Assembly (NCBI GenBank): GCA_030390025.1
Contig: CM059433.1
Location: forward strand, 8,868,001 to 8,932,000
Length of the DNA stretch: 64,000 nt
Origin: Squalus acanthias
Taxonomy: Eukaryota
Reading direction: 5' to 3'
The notes beneath the pieces are model-generated. The model did no database searches, was not told the DNA's origin, and saw only the letters and a program-made list of their open reading frames with translations. The position numbers were made by a program, and so were the translations under genes. Below, piece by piece: positions 52,248-63,287 of the stretch; the first letter of the stretch is position 1; every line of letters starts with the position of its first letter.

Positions 52248-52505
52248 GTTTCTGTGTTGCTGCTGTGGGCCTAAGCGACCTAAGCCAGTGCAAATCGCTG
52301 GCGGGTGTGGGCCTTCTGGCTGTTGTCAGAAACAAAAAAAAAGAAAGACTTGCATTGATATAGCGCCTTTCACGACCACCTATTTCATTTCCTGCTTTTT
52401 TCCAGTTCTGACGAAAGGTCTTCGACCTGAAACGTTAACCCTGTTTCTCTCTCCACAGATGCTGCCTGGCCTGCTGAGTTTTTCCAGCGTTTTCTGTTGT
52501 TATAT
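52248..52505 (+). mobile_element. Composite insertion: inverted copy of 51757-51880 plus Penelope-like family 2 element; 13-bp TSD TTAATATTAGCAC
   Basis: TSD at 52235-52247 and 52506-52518. Confidence 0.8.
52405..52439 (+). ncRNA. Minimal type I hammerhead ribozyme motif (family 2)
   Basis: GTT-CTGACGA-a-AGGTC(ttc)GACCT-GAAA-CG-TT-AAC: stem I GTT/AAC, stem II AGGTC/GACCT, palindromic AACGTT, GUU triplet. Confidence 0.75.
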
Positions 52506-52749
52506 TTAATATTAGCACAGCTTTAGTTCTGTAAAAGGGCAGGTCAGTGACTTATTTGAGTCAGATCTGTTCCTTAATAATTGACTTAAATTGTTCTTGT
52601 CAATTTGACATTCGCTGTTAAACCCGCCGTGTTTAATGGCATGGGGAACAATTCAGAGTAGAAGTAATTACTGTGCTATTTTACCACCAGTTTGCACAGC
52701 ACAGTCGGCAGTAAACTTGTGGTAATATCGCAGCGTACGGCAACATATT

Positions 52750-53552
52750 GGCCCAGAAATTAAACAGTGAGTGTTCACGCGGGGGTAAGGCTTCCCCGCG
52801 ATATCTCACTCCGCGCCTACCTTTTTCCTCCGGGCCCACACGAACTTTAGTTTCAAGGCTGCAGCTGTGCAGTGCTTGCGTGACCCAGAGACGCAATTAG
52901 TTCGTGCGAGCTCTGGGATCACGTGATTCAGTTAGAGCCAATGGCAGCACACCATCTTTCATTCATAGTTTTAACAGCAAGGGCTGTCAAAGCTATGAAT
53001 CCTACACACCCCCAAAAGAACAGCTAAACCTCAATTAAATTTTTTTTAAAAGCCATCACATTAATAAAATATGTAATTTTAAATAAATCTGTTGGACTAT
53101 AACCTGGTGTTGTGCGACTTCTCATTTTAATAAAATAACTATAGTTAAATAAATTAACCACTTTAAACAAAAAATTAAATTTTTGAAAAAATTTAAAATC
53201 TTTTTAAAAGTTATAAAAATAAACTTACCTTTCTTTAAAGTCTCTAAAAAAGATTGAAAAAAATTTAAAATAATACTTAATTAACTACTTACCTTGTTAA
53301 AAGAGGGTCTTACGCCTCCTTTCTTTATGTGTAAAATCTTCCATGGTTACCTGCGCGTTCAAAGCACTAAGTGCACTGCGTGCGCGCAGCCTGTAGCGCA
53401 CACGCGGTTCACTTAGGAACCGCCCCCTTTTGAATTCACGAAGTGCCGGTTTCCCGCGCATGCTCAGTGCATGCTGGAAACCGGCAATTGGAGACCTATA
53501 ACGCGAGAGTACACAGTGCGTACTCTTGCGTATTAGGTCGAATTTTCGGGCC
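52750..53552. mobile_element. Harbinger-type MITE with 3-bp TSD ATT; contains a small Penelope family 1 piece (~53088-53127)
   Basis: TIRs GGCCCAGAAATT / AATTTTCGGGCC; ATT both sides; related to 26145-26886 in opposite orientation. Confidence 0.82.
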
Positions 53553-54524
53553 ATTGATACTAAAGCCAATGACAAGGTGCACGCAATCCCAGTGGCCTGT
53601 GCAACGTCTCCATTCAGCTTCCATGGAAAATTTGGCTGGCTGTTCTGCAAGGCAGAAGGAGTCGCAACGTTTCTTGAGGTCTGGAGGGGGTGGGGGGGGG
53701 GGTGGTTTTGAGTCCCGGACCTGGTGGTTTTTTTTGCTCAATAACAAAAGGATTGCTGGGATCACAGCCACTTCCCACCATTGCTATGCAAACTGAGCAG
53801 TAAAGTAGTGTTGATTAGCATCTCAAGGAACAGCGCATTAGTTCTGGCAGGAAAAGCTGTTCTCGGTGGGTAAGATCTGTTTTGTCCTCCCTCCTGACAT
53901 CTGTTGTAACTTTTCCAGCTCGGGGAGGTGGGGGGGGGGGGCATAATATGGAAGAGGCTTACAGGAGAATCTTGGTACTTGTATAAATGCATCAGGCTAC
54001 AAGAATGCCAATATTCATCAGTATAACTTGTTTAAGCACATTTGAGAGCAATGTGATGCAAAGTAAATTAAAATATAAAGAAATCGTTGACGGCCGATCA
54101 TACTAGTGGAAGCTTATTAATATATAATTAGATATACTATTATATTCTGAAAATTTATAAAGCTCAGCAATGGCCTACTACCAATCATTTGAACAGTAGC
54201 ACACATCTTCTCATCTAACAAAAGCCATAGCCAGTAGTCAGGCAACCCAGGCAACTGTCTCTGGAACTCTTTTTCTATCCTGATTTGTAGATGTAACGCT
54301 ATTTAGGTGGAACTCTGCAAAGGAAGTAACAATTTTGTGTACTGCAGGGAAAATGGCCTATTCCCCCAAAGGTGCTGTTCCGTGTTTACTTATGGAGTGA
54401 ATGGATTTGTCAGCGCACTAAATGAAAGGCAAATAAAAGGCATTATTTAAATATGCCAGGTTGACAAAGTGTTAATAATAATGATGTCCCAAACAGTGTC
54501 TTGGAGAATGTGACATTAAGTGTA

Positions 54525-56685
54525 AACATAGAACACAGAAAAATAGGAGCAGGAGTAGGCCATTCGGCCCTTCGAGCCTGCTCCGCCATTCAATATGATC
54601 ATGGCTGATCCTCTATCTCAATACCATATTCCTGTTCTCTCCCCATACCCCTTGACGCCTTTTGTGTCTAGAAATCTATCTGTCTCCTGTAGGGGGTGGT
54701 GTTTTTGTGTCAGCTTTACCTCTGACTTCTGAGCGGTTCGAATCGCTCCCACTCCCTTGGTTCTAGACCTTGGACTTATTTGGAGGTTGTGATACAAAAG
54801 GTGCAGCAGACAACTGAGTTTGATAAAAGAACTTCAATCTTTATTAAAAGGTAAGACACAAATAATAACACTCTTATCACTCTAAAGGTGGGGAACACTT
54901 CGGTACAAGCGAGGGAAATGACAGTAGAACAATACTTCACCCCTCCCAACCCCACTTTACTAGCTAAGTTAGGTTTTGAAGGACCAGGGATAATGCTCAC
55001 CAATCCTTTGACAGTTGGGCTAAATCGCGGTTTTGGGGTTCGCTGTTTATGGCGGTTAGTGCCTGCCGTACCCCGTACGCGGTAGAGGACTTCACCTGGA
55101 TCTCTGGTCAGTCTTCGCGAGTCCGCTGATGCGGTAGGATGTCGTTGTGTATTTATCTGGTGAGTACCCAATTTCTTTAGTTGAGCAGTAGGGCTTAGAG
55201 TCTTTGGGGAAAATCTAACCCAGGGGTAAGTCAGGAGTAGTTTGTAGTGTGGAAACTTTGCGATTCTTCGGGTTTTCTTCTCTGGAGTTGGTCTTTGTTG
55301 GTCGCGGTGGCCTGCGATTACCCGGTCAGTTGGGGGTAATGCGCGGTTGTTGGTTTTGTGAGGCCTTTGGGTTCTGCGGTGGCTTTAGGCCTTGGTTGGT
55401 GTGTCGGTCGACCTCGTGGAGCCGTTGGTGACTGGTTGCTGCTTGTTGCTCCAGGTGGCTGTGTTGGGGCTGTGGTTGGAGGTCCGTCGAGGTGGTGTTT
55501 TTGCGAGCTGGACTCAGGTGTGTCTGCGTGGTGAGCGATGCCGACTCGCTTCCAGCTCGGGCCTTCTTCTTCTTGGTCTCTCCTCTTCTCGCTGGCTCTC
55601 CTTCCTTCTTCTCTCTCCTGCTTCTCCTCTTCTGCCTCGTGTGTGCTTGGTGGGCCTTCAATTATACTGAATTGAAGTGGCCTTATCTACCGGCCAAATC
55701 TGTTTAGCTCATTGTCTAGTTTTGGCGGGCTCGTAAATCGGTAACAATTTACTAGCACGTTAATTGGGTTTTAACAGGCCTTCAATCTGACCCATTGAAT
55801 ATGGTCTTATCTACCCGCCAAATCTGCTCAGTTCATTGTCTGAATTTGGCGGGCCTGCTACCAGTAACTGCTCTGTAAGTGTCAAATGGGTTTTTGGGAT
55901 GGTTTGCATCCTGTCGATTTTCTTGGCTGATTGCTGGTGATGGGTTTTGTGTTTTGGGTTCCTAGGCTGATCTATAGCCTAGTCCTGGGTGCTCTGTATT
56001 ATGCATATTTCTTGATGGGCCTTGTAATCGGTTTGATGGGACCTATTGTTTTGGGTGGGGCTGTCTTCTCCTCGGGTCTATTGTCAAAATGTTAATGCAT
56101 GCTGGGGCTTTGAGTGAGATCATCCCGGTTCCCCAGACATTGCAATTAACTGCAATACCCAAACTGCTTTTGCAGAGGTCGAACCCACCTTCCTTCACAG
56201 CCTTTTCTCCCTTTACAGGCCCAGACATGTTTTAAAATGCCAAAACTTGGTTTTTGGTCTTAAATTCCTTATGTTAGGCCCAAATGCATTTTTATCACTC
56301 TGAGTTCCAAAGTCCTTTTTCCTTAGGTTTTGGGGATTTGTAAATTTTGGAAACCTTACACTCCTTCTTAAATATATTCAGTGACTTGGCCTCCACAGCC
56401 TTCTGTGGCAGAGAATTCCACAGGTTCACCACCCTCTGAGTGAAGAAATTTCTCCTCATCTCAGTCCTAAATGTCCTATCCCATATCCTGAGACTGTGAC
56501 CCCTTATTCTAGACCCCCCAGCCAGGGGAAACATCCTCCCTGCATCCAGTCTGTCTAGCCCTGTCAGAATTCTATACGTTTCAATGAGATCCCCTCTCAT
56601 TCTTCTAAACTCTAGTGAATACGGGCCTAGTCAACCCAATCTCTCCTCATACGACAGTCCTGCCATCCCAGGAACCAGTCTGGTG
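54525..56685 (-). mobile_element. CR1 LINE 3' fragment split by a solo LTR
   Basis: CR1 sequence reads through gaaatctatctgtctcc | ctccttcttaaatatattc; ORF 56295..56600. Confidence 0.9.
54688..56360 (-). mobile_element. Large solo LTR (1673 bp), 4-bp TSD CTCC
   Basis: Termini TGTAGGG...CCTTACA; CTCC at 54684-54687 and 56361-56364; minus-strand AATAAA at 54840-54845; internal duplicated ~55-bp block. Confidence 0.82.
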
Positions 56686-56996
56686 TGTCTGATGCAATTA
56701 AAGATTGAAACAGTGTTTACTGGCTTCGAGTTATTGTAGCATTGCTTCAGAGAGTCTTTCCACTCCCTTCACTCCATCGGTGTGCGGAACCCCTAAAACC
56801 ACCGCGCGGTGAGTGTGACCATCACACATTGCCATTGCGGAGAAGTAAGTTACACACTGAAAGCATCACATAGGCACTGGCTCAGGCAATAGTCAGGTGC
56901 TGTCATGATTAAAGGAGGGCAGCAGAGTCTCCAGCCGAAGCCAGGTGACAGGGCATTCGCTGAGGATAAATAAACATCAGGTGGGTAGAAAAGGAG

Positions 56997-57535
56997 ACAT
57001 AAGAACATAAGACGTAGGAGCAGGAGTCGGTCATTCGGCCCCTCGAGCCTGCTCCGCCATTCAATAAGATCATGGCTGATCTGATCTTGGCCTCAACTCC
57101 ACTTCCCTGCCCGCTCCCCATAACCCTTGACTCCCTTATCGTTCAAAAATCTGTCTATCTCCACCTTGAATATATTCAATGACCCAGCCTCCACAGCTCT
57201 CTGGGGAAGAGAATTCCAAAGATTCACGACCCTCTGAGAGAAGAAATTCCTCCTCATTTCCGATTTAAATGGGTGCCCCCTTATTCTGAAACTATGCCCC
57301 CTAGTTCTAGATTCCCCCACGAGGGGAAACATCCTCTCTGCATCTACCCTGTCCAGCCCCCTCAGTATCTTATATGTTTCAATAAGATCCTCTCTCATTC
57401 TTCTAAACTCCAATGAGTATCGGCCCAACCTACTCAACCTCTCTTCATAAGATAACCCCTTCATCTCCGGAATCAACCTCATGAACCTTCTCTGAACTGC
57501 CTCCAATGCAAGTATATCCCTCCTTACATAAGGAG
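56997..57535 (-). mobile_element. CR1 LINE 3' fragment
   Basis: ORF 57093..57539. Confidence 0.93.
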
Positions 57536-57702
57536 ACACTGTTTACATTAAGACTGACACTGTGCTTAGCACTGCACAAGGACTTATGTATGGCATTGAA
57601 ATAGCTAAAGATAACATCGGAACAGGAGTAGGCCAATCAGCCCCTCGAGCCTGTTCCGCAATTAACTCATGGCTGATCTGTATCTTAATTCCATCTACCC
57701 AC

Positions 57703-57929
57703 TGACATGAATCTTGTCATTCATGTGGAAATGACTTATGAAATAATACTGGGCGGCCTGCTGGTGGCGCTGTCCAGGGAGAGTATAAATACTCGGGCAT
57801 GGGCCCAGCTTGCTCAGGACATTCTTTAACAGGAACTAGTGAAGGACAACTAGATCTCCATGTTGAAAAACAGTTGATTAAAGCTTTGTTTAACGCTTAG
57901 ACCAAGTGCCTAGTAGTTTTCTTACATCA
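57703..57929 (+). mobile_element. Solo LTR (227 bp), TSD CCCAC/TCCAC
   Basis: TGACATG...TTACATCA; reverse complement of the 10615 and 24054 copies. Confidence 0.86.
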
Positions 57930-58094
57930 TCCACTACCTGTCCTGCTACCTTCAGGGATCGTGGACATGCACTCCAAGGTCCCTTTGTTCCTCTAAACTT
58001 CTAAGTATCCTACCATTTATCGTGTATTCCCTTGCCTTGTTAGCCCTCCCCAAAAGCAAGTTCATGGGAGTCTTACAACTGTGATTTACAATAG

Positions 58095-58612
58095 GGCCAT
58101 AGGAACATAGGAACAGTAGTCGGCCATTCAGCCCCTCCAGCCTGTTTCACCTTTCAATGAGATCATGGCTGATCTGTATCTTAACTCCATCCACCTGCCT
58201 TGGTTCCGTAACCCTTAATACCCTTGCCTAACAAAAATCTATCGACACTAAAGCAAAATGCTGCGGATGCTGGAAATCTGAAATAAAAACAGAAAATGCT
58301 GGAAATACTCAGCAGGTCAGGCAGCATCTGTGGAGAGAGAAACAGAGTTAACGTTTCAGGTCGATGACCCTTCGTCAGAAAAATCTATCAATCTCAGTTT
58401 TGAAATTATCAATTGACCCCCAGCCTCTGCAGCTTTTTTTGAGGGGAGAGGTTTCCAGGTTTCCACCACCCTTTGTGTGAAGAAGTGCTTCCTGACATCA
58501 CCCCTGAACGGCCTGGCTCTAATTTTAAGGTTCTGCCCCCTTGTTCTGGACTCCCCCCACCAGAGGAAATAGTTTCTCTCCATCTACCCGATCAAGTCCA
58601 ATAATCATCTTA
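58095..58612 (-). mobile_element. CR1 3' fragment containing a Penelope-like family 2 insertion (58244-58378) with 11-bp TSD AAAAATCTATC
   Basis: ORF 58356..58583 is CR1-like; TSD at 58233-58243 and 58379-58389. Confidence 0.82.
58347..58380 (-). ncRNA. Minimal hammerhead ribozyme motif (family 2)
   Basis: Minus strand TT-CTGACGA-a-GGGTC(atc)GACCT-GAAA-CG-TT-AAC. Confidence 0.68.
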
Positions 58613-58806
58613 AAGTGGAGAGAGATCTGGGAGTGTTAGTTGACTCTACGCTAAACATGTCCAACCAATGCAAAGCAGCAATCAACAAAGCAAATAGGAT
58701 GTTGAACTACCCAGCCAAAGCAGCAGAATACAAGGTCAGCGGAAGGTATGATCGATCTGTAGAGTGCTCCAGTCAGACCTGCAAGATATTCAAGTGCTGG
58801 AGACAC

Positions 58807-59789
58807 TTTTTTTGATATATATAAATGATCTGGATATTGGAATACAGAGTAGAATTTCTAAATTTGCCGATGACACCAAACTTGGGGGTGTGGCAAACAG
58901 TGAGGATGCTACCAATCGACTGCATCAGGACATAGAAAGGCTAGCAGAATGGGCAGACTGATGGCAGATGGAATTTAATACAGAGAAGTGTGAGGTGATG
59001 CATTTTGGCAGAAGGAACAGGGAGAGGCAATATACACTTACTTAATGGCACAGTTTTAAAGAGTGTGCAGGGACAGAGGGACCTGGGAGTTCATGTGCAT
59101 AGGTCCCTGAAGGTGGCAGGACATATTGAGAGAGTGGTTAGCAAAGCATATGGGATCTTGGGCTTCATAAATAGAGGTATTGAGTACAAAAGTAGAGAAG
59201 TTATGCTGAACCTTCATAAAGTGCTGGTTAGGCCACAACTGGAGTATTGCGTCCAGTTCTGGTCACCACACTTTAGGAAGGATGTGAAGGCCCTTGAGAG
59301 GGTGCAGAGGAGATTTGCCAGAATGGTTCCGGGGATGGGGGATCTTAGCTACAAGGGCAGGTTGGAGAAGCTGGATTTGTTTTCATTAGAGCAAAGGAGG
59401 ATGAGGGGTAATTTGATAGAGGTGTACAAGATTATGACGGGTTTGGATAGGCTAGACGGGGAAAGGCTGTTCCCACTAGTTGATGGTACAAGGACTAGGG
59501 GACACAGATTTAAGGTTTTGGGCAAGAGATACAGGGGGGACGTGAGGAAAAACTTTTTTACGCAGCGAGTGGTGAGGACCTGGAACTCACTGCCGACGGA
59601 AGTGGTGGAAGCGGAGACACTCAATGTTTTCAAGGGGAGACTGGATAGGCACTTGTGGGAAATAAACTTGCAGGGCTACAGGGATAGAGCGGGGGAATGG
59701 GACTGACTGGATTGCTCTGCAGAGAGCCGGCGCGGACTCGATGGGCCGAATGGCCTCCTCCTGTGCCGTTATGGCTCTATGACTCTATG
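58807..59789 (+). mobile_element. CR1 LINE fragment nested in an older CR1 (~58614-60200)
   Basis: ORFs 58764..58961 and 59005..59706; older CR1 homology on both sides (ERDLGVLVD...; gccacgaggatgatccctgg...). Confidence 0.88.
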
Positions 59790-60852
59790 GATTTTGAGAA
59801 GAGCCACGAGGATGATCCCTGGTATCTGGGGTGTAAGTTATGAGGAAAGACTGGAGAGACATGGGCTTTTTAGCCTGGCAAGGAAGCGCCTGAGAGGTAC
59901 GTACGTATACAAGATAGTAAATGGCATGAAAAAAATAAAAGAGGAATGATACTTTAAATTAAATTGAGTAAGTCAGACAACGGACATAGGTGCAAACTAG
60001 TAAAAAGCAACTATAAGACTGATCTCTGGAAGGTCTTCTTCACGCAGAGAATGATCAACACTTGGAATGGACCTTGGGGCTGAGTGGTGGAAGCGAAATC
60101 CCTGGATGCATTTAAGAAACAATTAGATGCTGCAATGGGGGTGGGGGGGGGAGAGCTGTAAGTTGCTTCTGAATGGATGAACTAATATGGGCCGACGGTT
60201 TTCCTCATCTGTAATTATTATCTTGTGCGACTAGGTTTCTATCTATCTGCTGTACACGGGCAGTTTTCAATGGTGGCAGGTGATGGGGCAGCTGACGCCA
60301 CAATAAATCTAGCCGGGGTCTACCTACTTCAGACGGGGGGGTTCGAAAACTCGCCTTGGCACCTGGCCACAATCTAAACGGGCCGCACAAGTGCCTGACG
60401 ATCTTCAAGAATATTTAAGAGTGCTGCTGGGTTTTTTGTAATAGCCTGATTTCCGTACTGTAATCAATTACATTAGGGGAAACCGGCCATTTAAAATTTA
60501 AATCCCAACCCCCACCCCCCCCCCGACCCCTTAGCAAAACTGAATGTCAGCATTGGAGAGACAGTTACCGTAGCAGCCGAGAGTGTTAAGCATAGATCAT
60601 CAGAGCAGAATACTATTTGGATCAAGAAATGATAACCTGGCCCATCAGGGGGGCATTTTTTTGTGTGGCTTCTCAAGATCTCATTGTAAAGTTGGCCGAC
60701 TATTTGAAGCTCTGTCATCTGCTGCTGTTTGAAGATAAGGCTCTGAGAGATAGCCCCAAGGAGACCGTTGCAATGTTGATATTTGTCTCGTACGTTGGGC
60801 ATGGATAATTCGGGGCGTTTTGGTTGTAAAGTAGGGCCGTCGACGTATACAC

Positions 60853-61306
60853 AGTGTCAGCCAGTGGTTCAGTTGGCAGCACACTCTGCCTCTAGAGTCA
60901 GAAGGTTGTGGGTTCAAGTTCCCACTCCAGGGACTTGAGCACATAAAGCTAGGCTGACACTCCAGTGCAGTGCTGAGGGAGTGCTACACTGTCGGAGATG
61001 CCGTCTTTCGGATGAGACGTTAAACCGAGGCCCCCGTCTGCTCTCTGAGGTGGATGTAAAAGATCCCAAGGCACTATTTCGAAGAAGAGCAGGGGAGTTA
61101 TCCCCGGTGTCCTGGGGCCAATATTTATCCCTCAACCAACATAACAAAAACAGAATATCTGGTCATTATCACATTGCTGTTTGTGGGAGCTTGCTGTGCG
61201 CAAATTAGCTGCCACGTTTCCCACATTACAACAGTGACACCACTTCAAGAAGTACTTCATTGGCTGTAAAGTGCTTTGAGATGTCGTGAAAGTCTTTCTT
61301 CTTTCT
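60853..61306 (+). mobile_element. SacSINE-like SINE with head and tail, 7-bp TSD TATACAC
   Basis: tRNA-like head tggttcagttgg...ggttcaagtt; TSD at 60846-60852 and 61307-61313. Confidence 0.88.
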
Positions 61307-63287
61307 TATACACGATTATTAAAACACAGTTAAGCGGAAACATGTTACAGAAAGAACCAACCTACTTCTGTAAAAAAAAAAATTCAGAGTTCACTCTTAT
61401 GACTTGTGACATTAGAAACTTTTCTATATACTAACAGATGTCCCCTGGCATTTCTCAGAGTGAGTCGAGGATATGTTGTTTTATAACAACAGGGGGTGTT
61501 TATTTCATGTAGAAGGCACTTACGTACAGTGACTGAATAAGTCAAAATCCATTTTTAGTGAATGATATTCTGGGATTTTTACCATTGCTTTGGGGATCAA
61601 ATTCCACGACTCTATCCATCATTCGGTGAAAACCATAAATCAGTGGGTTTTATTTCATATATATTCTTTTACCGAGGTATTTAATTTTTATCCCTCATCA
61701 TTTTTAATGCTGAGCATAGACGGCAAGGTAAATGTTGAGATGCCCCCCACCAAAGTTCATGAGGTCAGAGCGAGGTCCTGCAACTGGCATCCGATTTGGG
61801 ACAATTTCCCTGCCGTAAGAGCTTGGAAAGCCCACCAAAGATTCCTGGACCGGGAGGGTTTACCAGCTTTGCTGAGGCCCCCAAATATTTTTGACAGCTG
61901 CCTACTTAATACAGCACTGCCCCATTCTCGCCTGGTGGAGGCAGTTAAAATCAGCCTCACTCAGTCTATCTGTCTTCCCCTCAGCTTAATACCTCTTCTG
62001 ATTATCGAGTATTTGTAATTCAAAACCAACCAAAACTGCAACATGTTTTTGTTGTCATACGTTGACATAGGGGCTTTCCATCAGAAAAGCATGACACAGG
62101 GGATAAGGTTAATTTGTGTAGCGGAAGTGCATGTCATGCACAAGATTTTTGAAAATATATAGATAGATATTATAGGTAACATAATTATCAGCCTGCATCT
62201 AGAGATAAGTGTAATAAGGATAAATGTCTTTTTTCTTGACAATTGTTTCTCCGTCAATTTTCGCCTCTTTCCTTCCCTCCCCTCATCTCCTCTCCTTAAG
62301 ACGTTGAGTCTCTGTTGGGCGGTTACACTGTCACTGGTCACTCTCCACTACCTTACCCAAGTGATCAATACTCATGTGTGAGCCTTGACAGCAGTGTCAG
62401 CAAACTATTCAACCATGTGGAGTCAAACCTGATACTTCCAATGAGAGTTGCTGGTTAGTAATCAAAAACTCTGGCCGACTTTAAGATAAGAATTTGCAGG
62501 GCTATGGGGAAGGAGCAGGGGAGTGGGACTAATTGGAGGGCTCTTTCAAAGAGCCGGCACAGGCACGATGGACTGAGAGGCCTCCTTCTGTGCTGTAAGA
62601 TTCTATGAACTTTCCTCTTCCTAACCCAGAAGTTCTGAGGCCAAATTTAGCACCTCTATGGCTGCCCTACTTGAGATCAACTAGCTCAGCACAGGCCAGG
62701 GATTGAACTTGGGGCCTTCCAATTCTGTATGGATTAGCTGTTTATTTGATAAACTGGCTGAGCCAAAATAAAAGCATTGGCCAAAAGTTTAATGAAATTG
62801 GCTCTGGTGGGTGCTGAGTGGGCAGAAAACATACTACTCACACAAAGAAATTAATGAATTTCCAGATACCAAATTGGCCTATTTTAATACGATGAAGGAC
62901 AAATATGAATAGATATGAGGTTAAGTTTGTATTGCTATAGATATAAATTTTAAAAGTACTATACTCGTAGCCAAAAGAAATAATGATTTTCCAGGCAACA
63001 AGTTAGCCTGTCTTAATCCATGGTGCTCTTATTTTATGAGATAATTTGGCATCTAATATGAGAACAAGAAGTGCAACACATGGTGGCCTTGCCATAAGAA
63101 GCCATTAACTTCATGGGAACAGAGAATAGTGAAGTTAAAGTAATAGGGAGGGAGATCAGGTTGGATGAGGTCACCGAACAACTGTTACACAGCAGATTAA
63201 TCATATTTTCAGTATTTTTCATCATATATTGCATCAAATTTTCCACACATACTGATTGTTCATAAGCGATTATATAGTCATGTAATG

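Noticed and set aside
55326..55707. ORFs inside the large LTR
   Set aside because: Low-complexity purine/pyrimidine-biased sequence with no gag/env-like motifs
60853..60930. tRNA gene
   Set aside because: tRNA-like A/B boxes continue into a SINE body and tail bounded by a TSD
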